The notes under the pieces: model-generated | The model's database searches: none | What the model saw: only the letters and a program-made list of their open reading frames with translations | What the model was told of the DNA's origin: nothing | Virus record (IMG/VR): IMGVR_UViG_3300014204_013734 | Location: 1-64,000 of that record | From: a virus | Taxonomy: Duplodnaviria; Caudoviricetes | DNA: 64,000 nucleotides | Strand: one strand, 5' to 3' | Made by a program: the position numbers and the translations under genes | Shown here: positions 1 through 9,588 of the stretch, in pieces | How positions within the stretch are numbered: position 1 is the first letter of the stretch | Layout of the letters: the number at the start of each line of letters is the position of its first letter

Positions 1-312
1 GCCGAACAGGAGCGGGAATTCCTGGGACGGGAAGGTGCTTTAGCCCAGGCTAAAGCTGCCGAAGATGTCGGGTTGTTCTGTGGATTCGGTCAGTGGGCGG
101 GGGGTCCAGAACTTCCTTTCGGGGAAGGTATCTTAACAGCGTACACTACCGGCATTTCTATTTCAGTACCCGTTGCGGATATCCGCAACGAATCACCGGA
201 AAATGTCCGGTTTGTCGTAAGTGTCTCCACCAAACACAATCTTGAAAAGCTTTTCAAGGTTCTTGAGACCCTGAAAGGAGTAATTGAAGACATCAGGAAG
301 GTCCGGAAGTGA
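1..312 (+). CDS. C-terminal part of a protein, possibly an ACT-like domain (5' truncated by the window)
   Basis: Frame is open from base 1 to the TGA at 312; tail VRFVVSVSTKHNLEKLFKVLETLKGVIEDIRKV resembles ACT-domain C-termini. Confidence 0.4.
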   Translation, partial: AEQEREFLGREGALAQAKAAEDVGLFCGFGQWAGGPELPFGEGILTAYTTGISISVPVADIRNESPENVRFVVSVSTKHNLEKLFKVLETLKGVIEDIRKVRK

Positions 313-430
313 AGCTTCCGGCGATTTCATACCAAAAGAAACCCTGCATTGGGTACTACCACCCTTAAGATTCAGCCAAACACCCCGCCAAAATCCTGAC
401 ACATGGCCAGGGGCACCATGCCCCCGGCCA

Positions 431-541
431 CATCCCTAAAACCGTATAATAAATTATTCAAAGGGACCCTAAAGGCCAAAAAGACCGTATTGAATCTGTA
501 ATGATTTCGGAAGGTTACGATTTGAAACGGGGTTTGGAACC
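431..541. repeat. ~110 bp non-coding repeat, copy 1
   Basis: Aligns with 14476-14586; shared AAAAAGACCGTATTGAATCTGTA...CGATTTGAAACGGG. Confidence 0.9.
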
Positions 542-577
542 CCGTCAGGAAGCCTTAATCTGACCCCGTTGAACGAT

Positions 578-841
578 TCAACCTACCGGTTCCGTTTCAG
601 TAAGTTCTGGGAAAGCCTCCTCAACCGTCATTCCCAGCATTTCGGAAACCATTGTGCGTACTTTGGCGTCAAATTCAGGGTCCTGTGTTGAACCTCCTGA
701 AAGGACCCTACGGACATCAACCTGCTTCTTTCCGAAATACTGCGCGATGTTACCGATGTAGCAGGGCTTTCCATGGGCATTCACGATGCCCGTGTTCCTT
801 GCGTATTCGTCAAGGGTCTTGATTCGTTCGCTTTCAGTCAT
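578..841 (-). CDS. Small putative HTH DNA-binding protein
   Basis: 87 aa; IAQYFGKKQVDVRRVLSG helix-turn-helix-like segment. Confidence 0.5.
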   Translation of the reverse strand: MTESERIKTLDEYARNTGIVNAHGKPCYIGNIAQYFGKKQVDVRRVLSGGSTQDPEFDAKVRTMVSEMLGMTVEEAFPELTETEPVG

Positions 842-880
842 CGCCTTGCCCCTTTTCCTAGGTCGTGCCCTGGTTGCCTG

Positions 881-1321
881 TTAAGGGGCCACCTTTTCCG
901 GTGCCGGGAGCTCGGGAAGGGTTTGATCAGCCGCCTTGGCCAAATCAACCAACGCCCCGAGGGAAACCTGCAGCCTTGCTGCGGAGTTGAACAGGTAACC
1001 TCCCGCACCCCTGATGGAAGGTTGTCCATTGACAGCCTTTTCCCTAATACCGTCAACGAACCTGGGGAAAGGGAGGGATACCGTCGGGGGGTGGGGGCGG
1101 TCCCAGGGTTCCCGGTCCACTTCCTTCAGCTTGACGGACACCCGAAGTGAACCGTAGCCCTTCTGGATTCCAAGGTATTCGTATTCCGCATCCCAGCGCA
1201 AGTCGGGGTCCAAGGGGTATTCCTTGCCCAACCGTTCAACGGTTTCCTTCAGGATCGGGGCCAGGTCGGTTTGGATTCCTTTCAGGTGGTCTTCCCACTT
1301 GTTTTTGGGAAACTTAGGCAT
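881..1321 (-). CDS. Hypothetical protein
   Basis: 146 aa ORF coupled to the neighbouring gene. Confidence 0.7.
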   Translation of the reverse strand: MPKFPKNKWEDHLKGIQTDLAPILKETVERLGKEYPLDPDLRWDAEYEYLGIQKGYGSLRVSVKLKEVDREPWDRPHPPTVSLPFPRFVDGIREKAVNGQPSIRGAGGYLFNSAARLQVSLGALVDLAKAADQTLPELPAPEKVAP

Positions 1322-1625
1322 TGGCAGTTTCCTGAAGCAGAGTTAGGACGTAAGCCACCGCCTTGTCGGGATGTTTGAACGTCCGTCCCTGGCCAACCGA
1401 CCATCCTTGGTTTACGCTTTGGACATCAAACACAGGCTTTCTGGTTGTACTTCTCCCTATCCAGTCAAACCGAAGATAAAGATCGACCCAGACACGTGCA
1501 TTTGTTTTGTCTGGAAAACAAAGCCGGTTTTCATTCGGGAGCCCCGTAGGGAGATTCGCCTTTTTGGCAGCCGTGAGGAACAGGTTCCAAGCTGCGTTGA
1601 CGGCGTTCTGCTGTTCGTTGGTCAT
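1314..1625 (-). CDS. Hypothetical protein
   Basis: 103 aa; AAGGAG RBS; promoter motif upstream. Confidence 0.75.
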   Translation of the reverse strand: MTNEQQNAVNAAWNLFLTAAKKANLPTGLPNENRLCFPDKTNARVWVDLYLRFDWIGRSTTRKPVFDVQSVNQGWSVGQGRTFKHPDKAVAYVLTLLQETANA

Positions 1626-1646
1626 CGGTGTTCTCCTTCTTGGTTA

Positions 1647-1675
1647 ACTACCGGTTCCGGTAGAATTCCAAGCCG
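1647..1675 (-). promoter_or_regulatory. Phage promoter motif CGGCTTG-N15-CGGTAGT
   Basis: Exact 29-bp spacing; just upstream of an RBS and ATG. Confidence 0.75.
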
Positions 1676-1676
1676 T

Positions 1677-3110
1677 TTATGCCTTCCGTTGCTTCTTTTT
1701 TGCAGTTACCTTCTTCTTTACCGGGGTCTTGACCTTGGTCTTGGTCTTAGGTTGGTTCTTCTTGGCGGTTGCCTTTGTCTTCTTTTCCGGGACCTTGGTC
1801 TTGGGTTGCTTCATTTTTTGGTTGGGGGAACAATTATCGGAACAGATGTTGCTAAGGAAGTCCAGCAATTCCCCGAAGTCATGCTTTGTCGCGCCCTTCA
1901 AGTGTGGATAATTCCATAGAACGGCTTTCAGGCTATTCGGGTCAGACGGGATTTGCGTTTCCGTCTCCATGCTTGTACCCCCATAGGATTTCACAACCCC
2001 AACCGTGACCGAAACGATATCCGGTGTCCTTTGCGTAATGGTCACGCTGCCCTTCGTCGCGACGAAGGGGGGTTTTTCCCAAATACCTTCGCGAAGAAAG
2101 GTCCCATCCCCCAAAGACCAACTTCCAGGAATTCGGATTTCCGCAGACCCCCCGATGCTGGCATTTCCCGTGATGGCCCTGTAGTTATGAACATCGTCTC
2201 CCATCAGTTTGGCATCGCCAAAAATTTGGGCATGGTCCGTGACGAGGACACTGCGGATCAGAGCGTTTCCACTAAGACAGGCATATCCGCTAACTGCGGT
2301 ATCTTTTTCCAGCCGGACGAATCCGGTAACTGTTGCAAAACCAAAGACTTCGGAATCTGGTCCCACGTAGACACTTGGTTCAACAAGTGCGGTTTCCGCG
2401 ACCCAACCCCCTTCCGAACCATCGGGGTTTACGTGAGTGTGAGCCGGAACAGCAGGTATCCACCATTTGTCCTGAAACCTGTGTTGTACTATTTTGTGGT
2501 CGTGACAGTTTGGCCGGGGATTCAGGCCCGCATTATTGGAAGCATTCAGCTTCGTAACGACCTTTTCAGCCACCAAATTGGCAAACCGGTTGGCCGTCCC
2601 GGAACCGGAACTGGTCTTTTCTTTTCCGCAGTGGCACTCCTGGGGGTGCATGTGCGTTTCGTGGGTAGGTTCCTTCCCGCAATGACATTCATGTTGTGGC
2701 GGATAAAGCTTTCCAAAAACCACAGAATCCACACAATACCAGTGGTATACTTTCAGGGCTTCTTTCCCGAAAGCAACCAACAAGTAGGACTGTCCTTGAC
2801 GCAGGAGCTTTCCGCATTCTTGACACGTTTCCGTCCCGGAAGCTTCGTCGTAAGCTTCAATCTGGATCCCGGTCAGTTTCCGGAAACACCGGGTACAATA
2901 CTGTCCTGAGGGAACAGAATTCCTGTGAGTAAAGAAATGGTCATGATGGTAACTGATGTGCACCATAACTGTCGGAATCGTTCCGCAGCAGGAGCAGGAG
3001 CACTTTTCTTGGTTGTCGTTTCTCGTCATCTGCACGAAAGCATTTTTGGGAACCATTTTAAATGCCTTTTCGGGAACCTTTTTAAGCCGTTTCATGTCTT
3101 TATCCTCCAA
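1677..3110 (-). CDS. Multidomain protein: Cys/His-rich Zn-binding N-terminus, hexapeptide-like (left-handed beta-helix) repeats, Lys-rich histone-like tail
   Basis: CxxC motifs; VFGFATVTG/VSGYACLSGNA/IFGDAKL repeats; KKKVTAKKKQRKA tail. Confidence 0.65.
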   Translation of the reverse strand: MEDKDMKRLKKVPEKAFKMVPKNAFVQMTRNDNQEKCSCSCCGTIPTVMVHISYHHDHFFTHRNSVPSGQYCTRCFRKLTGIQIEAYDEASGTETCQECGKLLRQGQSYLLVAFGKEALKVYHWYCVDSVVFGKLYPPQHECHCGKEPTHETHMHPQECHCGKEKTSSGSGTANRFANLVAEKVVTKLNASNNAGLNPRPNCHDHKIVQHRFQDKWWIPAVPAHTHVNPDGSEGGWVAETALVEPSVYVGPDSEVFGFATVTGFVRLEKDTAVSGYACLSGNALIRSVLVTDHAQIFGDAKLMGDDVHNYRAITGNASIGGSAEIRIPGSWSLGDGTFLREGIWEKPPFVATKGSVTITQRTPDIVSVTVGVVKSYGGTSMETETQIPSDPNSLKAVLWNYPHLKGATKHDFGELLDFLSNICSDNCSPNQKMKQPKTKVPEKKTKATAKKNQPKTKTKVKTPVKKKVTAKKKQRKA

Positions 3111-3144
3111 AAGTTCAAATTTACGTTCTGGTTCACACCCCTTG

Positions 3145-3212
3145 ACTACCGAACCGGTCCAAAAACCAAGCCGTAAGTTTTCCCGGCTTGGAATTCTACT
3201 GGTTCCGGTAGT
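3145..3212. promoter_or_regulatory. Divergent pair of promoter motifs (3145-3173 minus, 3184-3212 plus)
   Basis: Two motif copies at the strand switch. Confidence 0.75.
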
Positions 3213-3235
3213 TAGGAATGAAAGGCAGGTTGGTT

Positions 3236-3496
3236 ATGAAAAACAACAATGAAATTGAAAAAATCTGCAGATACTGCGTGGACTATTTATCCACGGAAGG
3301 GCAGTGTTCGCGCCAGGGTAGTAAAACCGATCCTAACAACGGGTGCCCAAGTTACGGTTTCAGGGATCCCTGTGGAAATTGTGAAGACTATTCATTCGCC
3401 AAGCAACGATACTTACATGGGGATTGCCCCTATGAATGGTGTTCCAAGTACTTCAGTTCCAGCAACGACGATGAAGTCGTGGAACAAGAAAATTAA
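3236..3496 (+). CDS. Cys-rich hypothetical protein
   Basis: Multiple CxxC motifs; follows the promoter motif. Confidence 0.65.
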   Translation: MKNNNEIEKICRYCVDYLSTEGQCSRQGSKTDPNNGCPSYGFRDPCGNCEDYSFAKQRYLHGDCPYEWCSKYFSSSNDDEVVEQEN

Positions 3497-3521
3497 CGGG
3501 TAGTTAGGAAGGAGAAAAGAC

Positions 3522-3806
3522 ATGGAAAACCAAGAAAACCAATACCGATGGACGTGGCACTCGTATTGCCAACAACAGGCGGAAGACATGGCCCAATTCC
3601 TTCGGGAGTCTTGCCCAGAATACCCGTTTGAAGTGGTCGTCGGGGGCGAACGGGTCTTTACCCATCCCCAAACCGGGGAAGACGAGTTCGAAACGTTGTA
3701 CGGGATCCTGGGACCTGTCAACCCTTCCCGCGAAGTTTCGGATAAACTGCACAGCTTTGCGGATTTGTTTGAAGCGAACTACAAGAAGGAGGCTTCCAAT
3801 GCTTGA
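3522..3806 (+). CDS. Hypothetical protein
   Basis: 94 aa; AAGGAG RBS. Confidence 0.75.
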   Translation: MENQENQYRWTWHSYCQQQAEDMAQFLRESCPEYPFEVVVGGERVFTHPQTGEDEFETLYGILGPVNPSREVSDKLHSFADLFEANYKKEASNA

Positions 3807-4203
3807 AAATCCGGTCATCCAGAATTTGATGGACTCCGATTTTTCCTGTGCTGTCATAGCCGTCAAGGAAGTGGACTGCACGGGCGCCCGAGATGCCTTG
3901 CGGGCGGAACACATCAAGAATGTCCTCCTTGTCCGAGGGTTCTACAAATCAGGCGAAGTCTACCTGTACATCACGTTGGACGGCAAGGAAGTCCGGTGCA
4001 TCAGCCGGTATGGTACGGACGAGGGGGTAATCCATGACTTGGATGACTTGGCCCGAATCAATGCTCGGTGGTGGGAAAGCAGTCGGGACCGGTGGCATGG
4101 TTGGGAAAAGCCGGACGAAGTATGGTTGCCGCACCTGTTGCGGCTCGGTTTAGTCCGGGTAGAAACTCGTACGGTCTACTTGCCGGTGAATGATGAGTTA
4201 TGA
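3799..4203 (+). CDS. Hypothetical protein
   Basis: ATG at 3799 with AAGGAGG RBS. Confidence 0.7.
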   Translation: MLENPVIQNLMDSDFSCAVIAVKEVDCTGARDALRAEHIKNVLLVRGFYKSGEVYLYITLDGKEVRCISRYGTDEGVIHDLDDLARINARWWESSRDRWHGWEKPDEVWLPHLLRLGLVRVETRTVYLPVNDEL

Positions 4204-4294
4204 AAACCGTAAATACGAGGCTGCATGCCAGAAATGGGTAGAAATCAAGTGTGCGTTGGAAAACAGAAAGACGTGACCAGGAAAGGAAAAGTTC

Positions 4295-4984
4295 ATGAAA
4301 GCGGTTAAGCTAACCAGCAAGAAGCTGACTACCTACGGTAATTTCCAATGGGTTCCTATGGAATGGCGGGTAGCCAACAAGAATCGGTTGAAACAGTGCT
4401 CTGAATCGGCTCTGCACTGTTATCCGACGGCCCGGATTGCGATGTTCATGGAAATTTCCAGCAGTTACTTGTCGGCTAGCCTGTTTCACCAGTGCGAAGT
4501 AGACGAATCACGGGCTTTTCGTTGTGACGGAACCGAAATCTACGCCAAGCGCATGCGATTACTTGACCGCCAAATCACCCCGCCGGTAATCACCAGAGAA
4601 CAACGAGTGCGGATAGCGGTCCGCATGGTAGATTTTGTCATAAGGAAACGGTTGCCTCGATCTCTTCGTTCCCGGTGGAATGCTTGGGTGAAAATGTTTT
4701 CTGTGGAAAACTTCAATCAAGCGTTATTTGAATCCACATCGGAACTAGAGGGCCTCATGCACGAAATATTACCTTATGTCCCAAAAACAAGAAAAGCAAG
4801 AGAAGCAAGAGAAGCAAGTTGCCTTATTATGAGAGGATTCAGATACTTACTATTCTATGAAGACAAATTAGAACATTTGACGGTCCAAATCGTCTTGAAA
4901 GCCCGTCCTCTTTTTGAAAATGGGGATGGTTTTGCCTTTGCCAGGAAGCTGGACCGGATCATTGCCGAAGAGATGAAACGATGA
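4295..4984 (+). CDS. Hypothetical protein, paralog of 9589-10296
   Basis: Shared KL(T/L)S...CEVD..S...DG....KRMR(L/I)L...QRV. Confidence 0.75.
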   Translation: MKAVKLTSKKLTTYGNFQWVPMEWRVANKNRLKQCSESALHCYPTARIAMFMEISSSYLSASLFHQCEVDESRAFRCDGTEIYAKRMRLLDRQITPPVITREQRVRIAVRMVDFVIRKRLPRSLRSRWNAWVKMFSVENFNQALFESTSELEGLMHEILPYVPKTRKAREAREASCLIMRGFRYLLFYEDKLEHLTVQIVLKARPLFENGDGFAFARKLDRIIAEEMKR

Positions 4985-5481
4985 TCCCAACCCCGCTTCC
5001 GACCCCTGAAGAATTTGCGTTGCAATCTCGGTTCGTAGGCAGATGCACTGACCCATCTTTCGTGGAAATCAGGATTGCCAAGATAGCCTTCGCTTTCGCT
5101 ACGGCTTTTCCTTGGACGACACATTTTGATTACCATCGTTATTACCCGGACGGCATTTTAAAAGACCCAAACGTCATTCTGGAAGTAGAAGTCTCGTTCA
5201 ACCGCCTGTTGAGGGCGGTTATGTTGGATCAACGGGTTCGGATTGAACTCCTCAAAGATTACGATGGCCATACCGGAATCCCTTGGGGGAGTTTCATTCT
5301 TGACATGCCCCATTGCTTGGTCCCGTCTTCTCATTGGGACAAGGAGATTTTTAAATCTGAACCTGACCTGATCGGGGCCATTTCAGCCCTGGTAGGAAAG
5401 GAAAACGTGTTGGCAGAACCCTACTTCCTCCTTCCAAGCATTTGTTTTCTTTGTATGTCCATCATTTTGTGGACAGGATAA
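4981..5481 (+). CDS. Paralog family A member, possibly 3' truncated
   Basis: AFPW...DLIGAIS motif. Confidence 0.7.
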   Translation: MIPTPLPTPEEFALQSRFVGRCTDPSFVEIRIAKIAFAFATAFPWTTHFDYHRYYPDGILKDPNVILEVEVSFNRLLRAVMLDQRVRIELLKDYDGHTGIPWGSFILDMPHCLVPSSHWDKEIFKSEPDLIGAISALVGKENVLAEPYFLLPSICFLCMSIILWTG

Positions 5482-5512
5482 ACCGCCATTTTTAGCCTGC
5501 CTCCTTTCAAGA

Positions 5513-5570
5513 ACTACCGGAACCATTAGAATTCCAAGCCGCGGCTTGGTTTCCATACCGGTCCGGTAGT
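5513..5570. promoter_or_regulatory. Back-to-back promoter motifs (5513-5541 minus, 5542-5570 plus)
   Basis: Two 29-bp copies with no gap between them. Confidence 0.75.
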
Positions 5571-5626
5571 CTAGGGGAAGTTGGAATTTGTTGGGAGTCG
5601 GTCTAAAAAAGAAAGGGTCCCTGAAA

Positions 5627-5980
5627 ATGGAAACCAACACTTTCTGTTCCGGCCTTGAGCCTATGGCCAAGGCACTTTTGGAAGCTTTCCCTAAGGAAGC
5701 AGTCCAGTCCATCCAACGGGACGGGAACACTTTCTCCCTGTTCGCGTTCAACCGGCAGTTTAAGGCCGAAGTAAACGAAATGGACCCCCTTGGGATCCAC
5801 GGGATTCTCACCCTATCTTTTCCCGAAGGAATGCCCTTCCAATCTTGGTCGTTTGACCTTGGGGACGACGAAGACGCGGCTCGGGTTGTGACTTCCTTAC
5901 GGAATGACCGCCCCTTCCTGTTCGTATGGACCCCCTTGGGATCCATGGTGTTCTCACCCTGTCCTTTCCCGAAGAAATGA
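5627..5980 (+). CDS. Hypothetical protein (family A-like N-terminus)
   Basis: KALLEAFP shared with KALLEAVPW of 6575-7174. Confidence 0.65.
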   Translation: METNTFCSGLEPMAKALLEAFPKEAVQSIQRDGNTFSLFAFNRQFKAEVNEMDPLGIHGILTLSFPEGMPFQSWSFDLGDDEDAARVVTSLRNDRPFLFVWTPLGSMVFSPCPFPKK

Positions 5981-6032
5981 CCGCCCCTTCCTGTTCGTGC
6001 CGTAAGCATCAGGGGAGTTTGGGAAGGCTGAA

Positions 6033-6578
6033 ATGACCCAGACAAAATTGAATGGCGTTCAAGCAACGATCCTAGCTGCGTTTCCTTGGGCCAGGATTGA
6101 TTTCAACAGAAACAAGGGGGTGGTGTGGGTCAACGCTGACTTGGATTCCAGTGTAAGGATCACTGTAACCCCAAATGAGCAGTGCCTTCTGGTTGAAGGG
6201 ATCAAAAAACCAGACATCCGTGAATGTCTGATGATTTACCCGACCGAAGTTGATATTGTGGGGGCTATTTCTGTAGTTTCCGATGTCCTTTTGGCTTCCG
6301 AATGGGGAAAGAAACAATGTTTTTCTCTTTGGGAATGTACAACAGACAACTTCGCTAATTCTCACATTAACCTCGGCGAAAAGTTCTGGCTTTACGGCAG
6401 AAGGATATGGTTCCCCGATCAAAATGAAAGGGATTGGTATGACGTAGACACAGTTGGGGACGATTTCGTAGCAAACCTGCTACGGAACTGCAATAACCTT
6501 GAAGAAGCATCCCCGATCCAGATGAGGGAAATTTGTTGGAACGCAGGGGAAATCTGTTGGAACGTAGGTAGACAATGA
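6033..6578 (+). CDS. Paralog family A member
   Basis: AAFPW...DIVGAIS. Confidence 0.75.
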   Translation: MTQTKLNGVQATILAAFPWARIDFNRNKGVVWVNADLDSSVRITVTPNEQCLLVEGIKKPDIRECLMIYPTEVDIVGAISVVSDVLLASEWGKKQCFSLWECTTDNFANSHINLGEKFWLYGRRIWFPDQNERDWYDVDTVGDDFVANLLRNCNNLEEASPIQMREICWNAGEICWNVGRQ

Positions 6579-7174
6579 GCAACTTGTTGGCAAAATACCT
6601 GGACCAGAAATTTTCCGGCAACACGCCCATGGTCTTTGTGGGAAAAGCCCTCCTTGAAGCAGTGCCTTGGGTCAATGTAACGACCGACATTTTTGGGGCT
6701 AATTTTGACACGTATTCACACGAAGACTTCGTTGACATAACCGTACGGCCCGCTGTCCTCAAGATTGACCAAGCAATCTCAGTGGTGTTTGCGGCAGACA
6801 AAACAAAGGGTCTTATCAGGGTACGGCTTCCCGAAAAGGTCTCGGACCTGATGTTCAACCCATTCAATCCTGTAGACGTAGTTGGGGCTGTCAGTTGGGC
6901 CATACAGGAGATCATCCGGTCCCCGGAAGCTTCTTCCCCATCCTTCAAGGCTTTTTATAAAGAGTACGGAACCGTTACCGGTTCCGGTATTGGTATGTTA
7001 TCACCCCTGGGAACTTCCTGGTCTCCGAATCCGGTTTCCGGTTCCTGGACTACACTTCAGGAGCATGCACGGTTGGGGTCCGAAACTACCATAAAAAGTT
7101 GGCCCAACACTGTCGCCGGACACCTGGAATTGGCCTTGAAGCTACCCAGCCCGGAGACATGGGCAGGTTTGTAA
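6575..7174 (+). CDS. Paralog family A member
   Basis: EAVPW...DVVGAVS. Confidence 0.75.
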   Translation: MSNLLAKYLDQKFSGNTPMVFVGKALLEAVPWVNVTTDIFGANFDTYSHEDFVDITVRPAVLKIDQAISVVFAADKTKGLIRVRLPEKVSDLMFNPFNPVDVVGAVSWAIQEIIRSPEASSPSFKAFYKEYGTVTGSGIGMLSPLGTSWSPNPVSGSWTTLQEHARLGSETTIKSWPNTVAGHLELALKLPSPETWAGL

Positions 7175-7176
7175 TC

Positions 7177-7205
7177 CGGCTTGGAAAAGTTTTGTTTCCG
7201 GTAGT
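7177..7205 (+). promoter_or_regulatory. Phage promoter motif
   Basis: CGGCTTG-N15-CGGTAGT. Confidence 0.75.
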
Positions 7206-7239
7206 AAAGGGGTGTGGGAAAATGAAAGGGTTAAAGAAA

Positions 7240-7602
7240 ATGGAAAAGTCCGAAGTGATCCGCTATGCCGACGTAGTGTCGGAGGCGTTGGAAAAGCGTG
7301 AGAAAGTGGAAACAAATTCAATAGTACTTCTAGCCCTGAAGGAAGCCAGGACGGAATTCAACACATGGCTTGACTTATACAAGCGGGGAAAACCGTGGCA
7401 TCTTAGTCAGGCTCTTACGGCGCGAGTCAAAGCAGTGACCGTGGAAGATATGGCTGCACGTGACAGCTCTTTGGAAGACCTGGGCATGGATGCCCGCAGG
7501 CTGATGGATAAGGCCATGGGATTGGAATGCTGCGGCAATCAGACCTCCCTTTCGGGAAATATGATAGCTCGCCTTGAAGCCCCGGATTATTACCTGTCGT
7601 GA
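7240..7602 (+). CDS. Hypothetical protein
   Basis: ORF downstream of the promoter motif. Confidence 0.7.
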   Translation: MEKSEVIRYADVVSEALEKREKVETNSIVLLALKEARTEFNTWLDLYKRGKPWHLSQALTARVKAVTVEDMAARDSSLEDLGMDARRLMDKAMGLECCGNQTSLSGNMIARLEAPDYYLS

Positions 7603-7678
7603 AACGGAAGGAAACGACCATGTTGGATGTTGAACGTTCCTAAACAAAACGGCTTCTGGACCGGAAAGGAATCGTTTC

Positions 7679-8020
7679 ATGACCATCCAAGAACTGGAAA
7701 CCACGGTAGCGGAAGCCAAGGCGGCAAGCATGCAAGCCGAAAAGGAATTCAGGGCACTATCTCGGTTAGCTGCTCTTGAAACCCCACGAAAACCCGACAC
7801 CGAGGGTTTCGGCGTTCCTCAATTCCGAACTTCCATATCCGATGCAGATGATGAACGCTTCTTGAATCCCGAAGCTCGGGAATTCAATGAAAAGCGCAAG
7901 GCAGCCAGAAAGAAGGCGGAAAACGCCTTTGCTGTCTGGCAGTCCTTGAAGCGTCAACTTGAAGATGCCGAGAAGTGGAAGATGGTGGAAAACATCTGGA
8001 GGTGTGAAGACCATGGATAA
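7679..8020 (+). CDS. Small coiled-coil protein
   Basis: MTIQEL start shared with the gene at 11295. Confidence 0.7.
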   Translation: MTIQELETTVAEAKAASMQAEKEFRALSRLAALETPRKPDTEGFGVPQFRTSISDADDERFLNPEAREFNEKRKAARKKAENAFAVWQSLKRQLEDAEKWKMVENIWRCEDHG

Positions 8021-8672
8021 AACGAAATTGGAACGTCTGGTCAGTGCAACCGATTCGCTGTATGAACTAGAAGGCCTTTTTTACACGGATCCGGGGGTGT
8101 ACGAACACATCAAAACGGCATCTGCTGCCTTGTCAGGGGCTTGCCGAACCGCCCATCCGTGTTTTGGTTGCAACCAGGAAGATGTTTGCTATCTAGTTAC
8201 CCCGCCGCCCCTGTACACTCCCGTCATCAAAGGAGTTCAATCGGACTCCTGCCCGTACAAGAACGACAGCGAATGTAACCCTTCCAACCTCTGTGGAGAC
8301 CTTGGAAGTTGCGATAGCCTTCTGCCTGTTGAACCCCAGAAGGAAAGCTTTTTCATGCAGTTCTTTTCCAAAGAAGACAACAAACAGGTAGGACAAGCAC
8401 TTCCTACTGCTTCGCCAGACGAAGCAGTTACAGAGGCAAAAACCGCCAACAGGTTTCTAAATGTTCGGGTAAAGAAAGGGTCTTTTATTTCAGCACCTTA
8501 CGATCTGTTTGCCTTGGCCTACATTACCGGTACGTGGACCCTCCCTACCAAATACGAAGGTACTTTCATGGTTACCTTTGGGAAAGAAGGGCAACTTTTC
8601 TTGGGGCGGAAACCGAAGCTTACCCCTTGGTGGAAGAAGGTGTTGTCGGCGATCAAGACGAAAGGGTTTTGA
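8013..8672 (+). CDS. Cys-motif protein, paralog of 11942-12235
   Basis: CRTAHPCFGC...TP.PL(Y/F)TPV..GVQ...CPYK. Confidence 0.75.
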   Translation: MDKTKLERLVSATDSLYELEGLFYTDPGVYEHIKTASAALSGACRTAHPCFGCNQEDVCYLVTPPPLYTPVIKGVQSDSCPYKNDSECNPSNLCGDLGSCDSLLPVEPQKESFFMQFFSKEDNKQVGQALPTASPDEAVTEAKTANRFLNVRVKKGSFISAPYDLFALAYITGTWTLPTKYEGTFMVTFGKEGQLFLGRKPKLTPWWKKVLSAIKTKGF

Positions 8673-8677
8673 AGGGC

Positions 8678-9271
8678 ATGGAACCGACACTTCCAGTGAA
8701 TTTTTACGAAGTGGGCCAGGCTATGTTCCCCTGGGTCCTTAAGGATGATTTCCACGCGTGGGATTTTGATGATTGGTCGGGATTAAACATCTTCCCGACC
8801 GAAAAGCGTCAGTTAGGGGTTCGCATTTTAAAACCCAAGAAGCTGGGAGGAATCAATTCCGGCAGGATATTCCATTTCAACGAGGGGAAGCCAATTGATT
8901 TTTATGGAGTCATGGAATTTGATCCGGAATCGGAAACCGATTTAATCGGGGCGGCATCTTTCCTCGTGGAAAACCTATTGAAAGACCCCCCTTCCTGGTT
9001 TGAGGACCAGTTTTATCTATGGGGACCCCCGAGGTTACAGTGGAATCGGTCCACCAAAGCAAAGGAAAGACGGATTAACGTCGTAGCCCCGTCAAAACAC
9101 GCATGTAAGACGTTTTTTCTAAACAAATCTTCCGGCATGTGGCAACCCTGTCAGTCTGGATGGTGGGACGGCATTCAGAATCCAAATTTATTAACTACCG
9201 ACAAAATAACAACAGAATTCACAGGCATCCCGAAAACGATTGGGGAATGTCTGAAGGCGAAAAAACTTTGA
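8678..9271 (+). CDS. Paralog family A member
   Basis: AMFPW...DLIGAAS. Confidence 0.75.
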   Translation: MEPTLPVNFYEVGQAMFPWVLKDDFHAWDFDDWSGLNIFPTEKRQLGVRILKPKKLGGINSGRIFHFNEGKPIDFYGVMEFDPESETDLIGAASFLVENLLKDPPSWFEDQFYLWGPPRLQWNRSTKAKERRINVVAPSKHACKTFFLNKSSGMWQPCQSGWWDGIQNPNLLTTDKITTEFTGIPKTIGECLKAKKL

Positions 9272-9317
9272 GTTCCGGTAGTATGTGGGTGTAAGGACAA
9301 CACCGAAAGGAAAGAAA

Positions 9318-9587
9318 ATGCAGACATTGCGTGATTTGGCGGACGACGTTCATCGTGCGATACGGTGTTTGGATTTGGTAAACGGAGAAATCTATCACAC
9401 CGGAAGCCCGGACCTCATGTCCCTTGAACCCTTGCTGGAAGATGCCATGCGAAAATTCAATACTTGGAAACGGGCCAAGAACGACGAAAAGAACCCGCAA
9501 ACGATCAAGAACCTTCAGGAAAGCTTTCAGGCGTCGGTGGATTACGTTAACGAACTGGAAAAGACGAGACACTCCGAAGAGGCATAA
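9318..9587 (+). CDS. Hypothetical protein
   Basis: ORF with AAGGA RBS. Confidence 0.65.
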   Translation: MQTLRDLADDVHRAIRCLDLVNGEIYHTGSPDLMSLEPLLEDAMRKFNTWKRAKNDEKNPQTIKNLQESFQASVDYVNELEKTRHSEEA

Positions 9588-9588
9588 A

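Noticed and set aside
1953-2909. Long antisense ORFs (also 17302-18180, 24479-25300, 51964-52815)
   Set aside because: Shadow ORFs opposite well-supported genes, with no recognisable motifs
9254-9282. Additional promoter motif copy
   Set aside because: Only the CCGGTAGT half is present; the CGGCTTG half is missing
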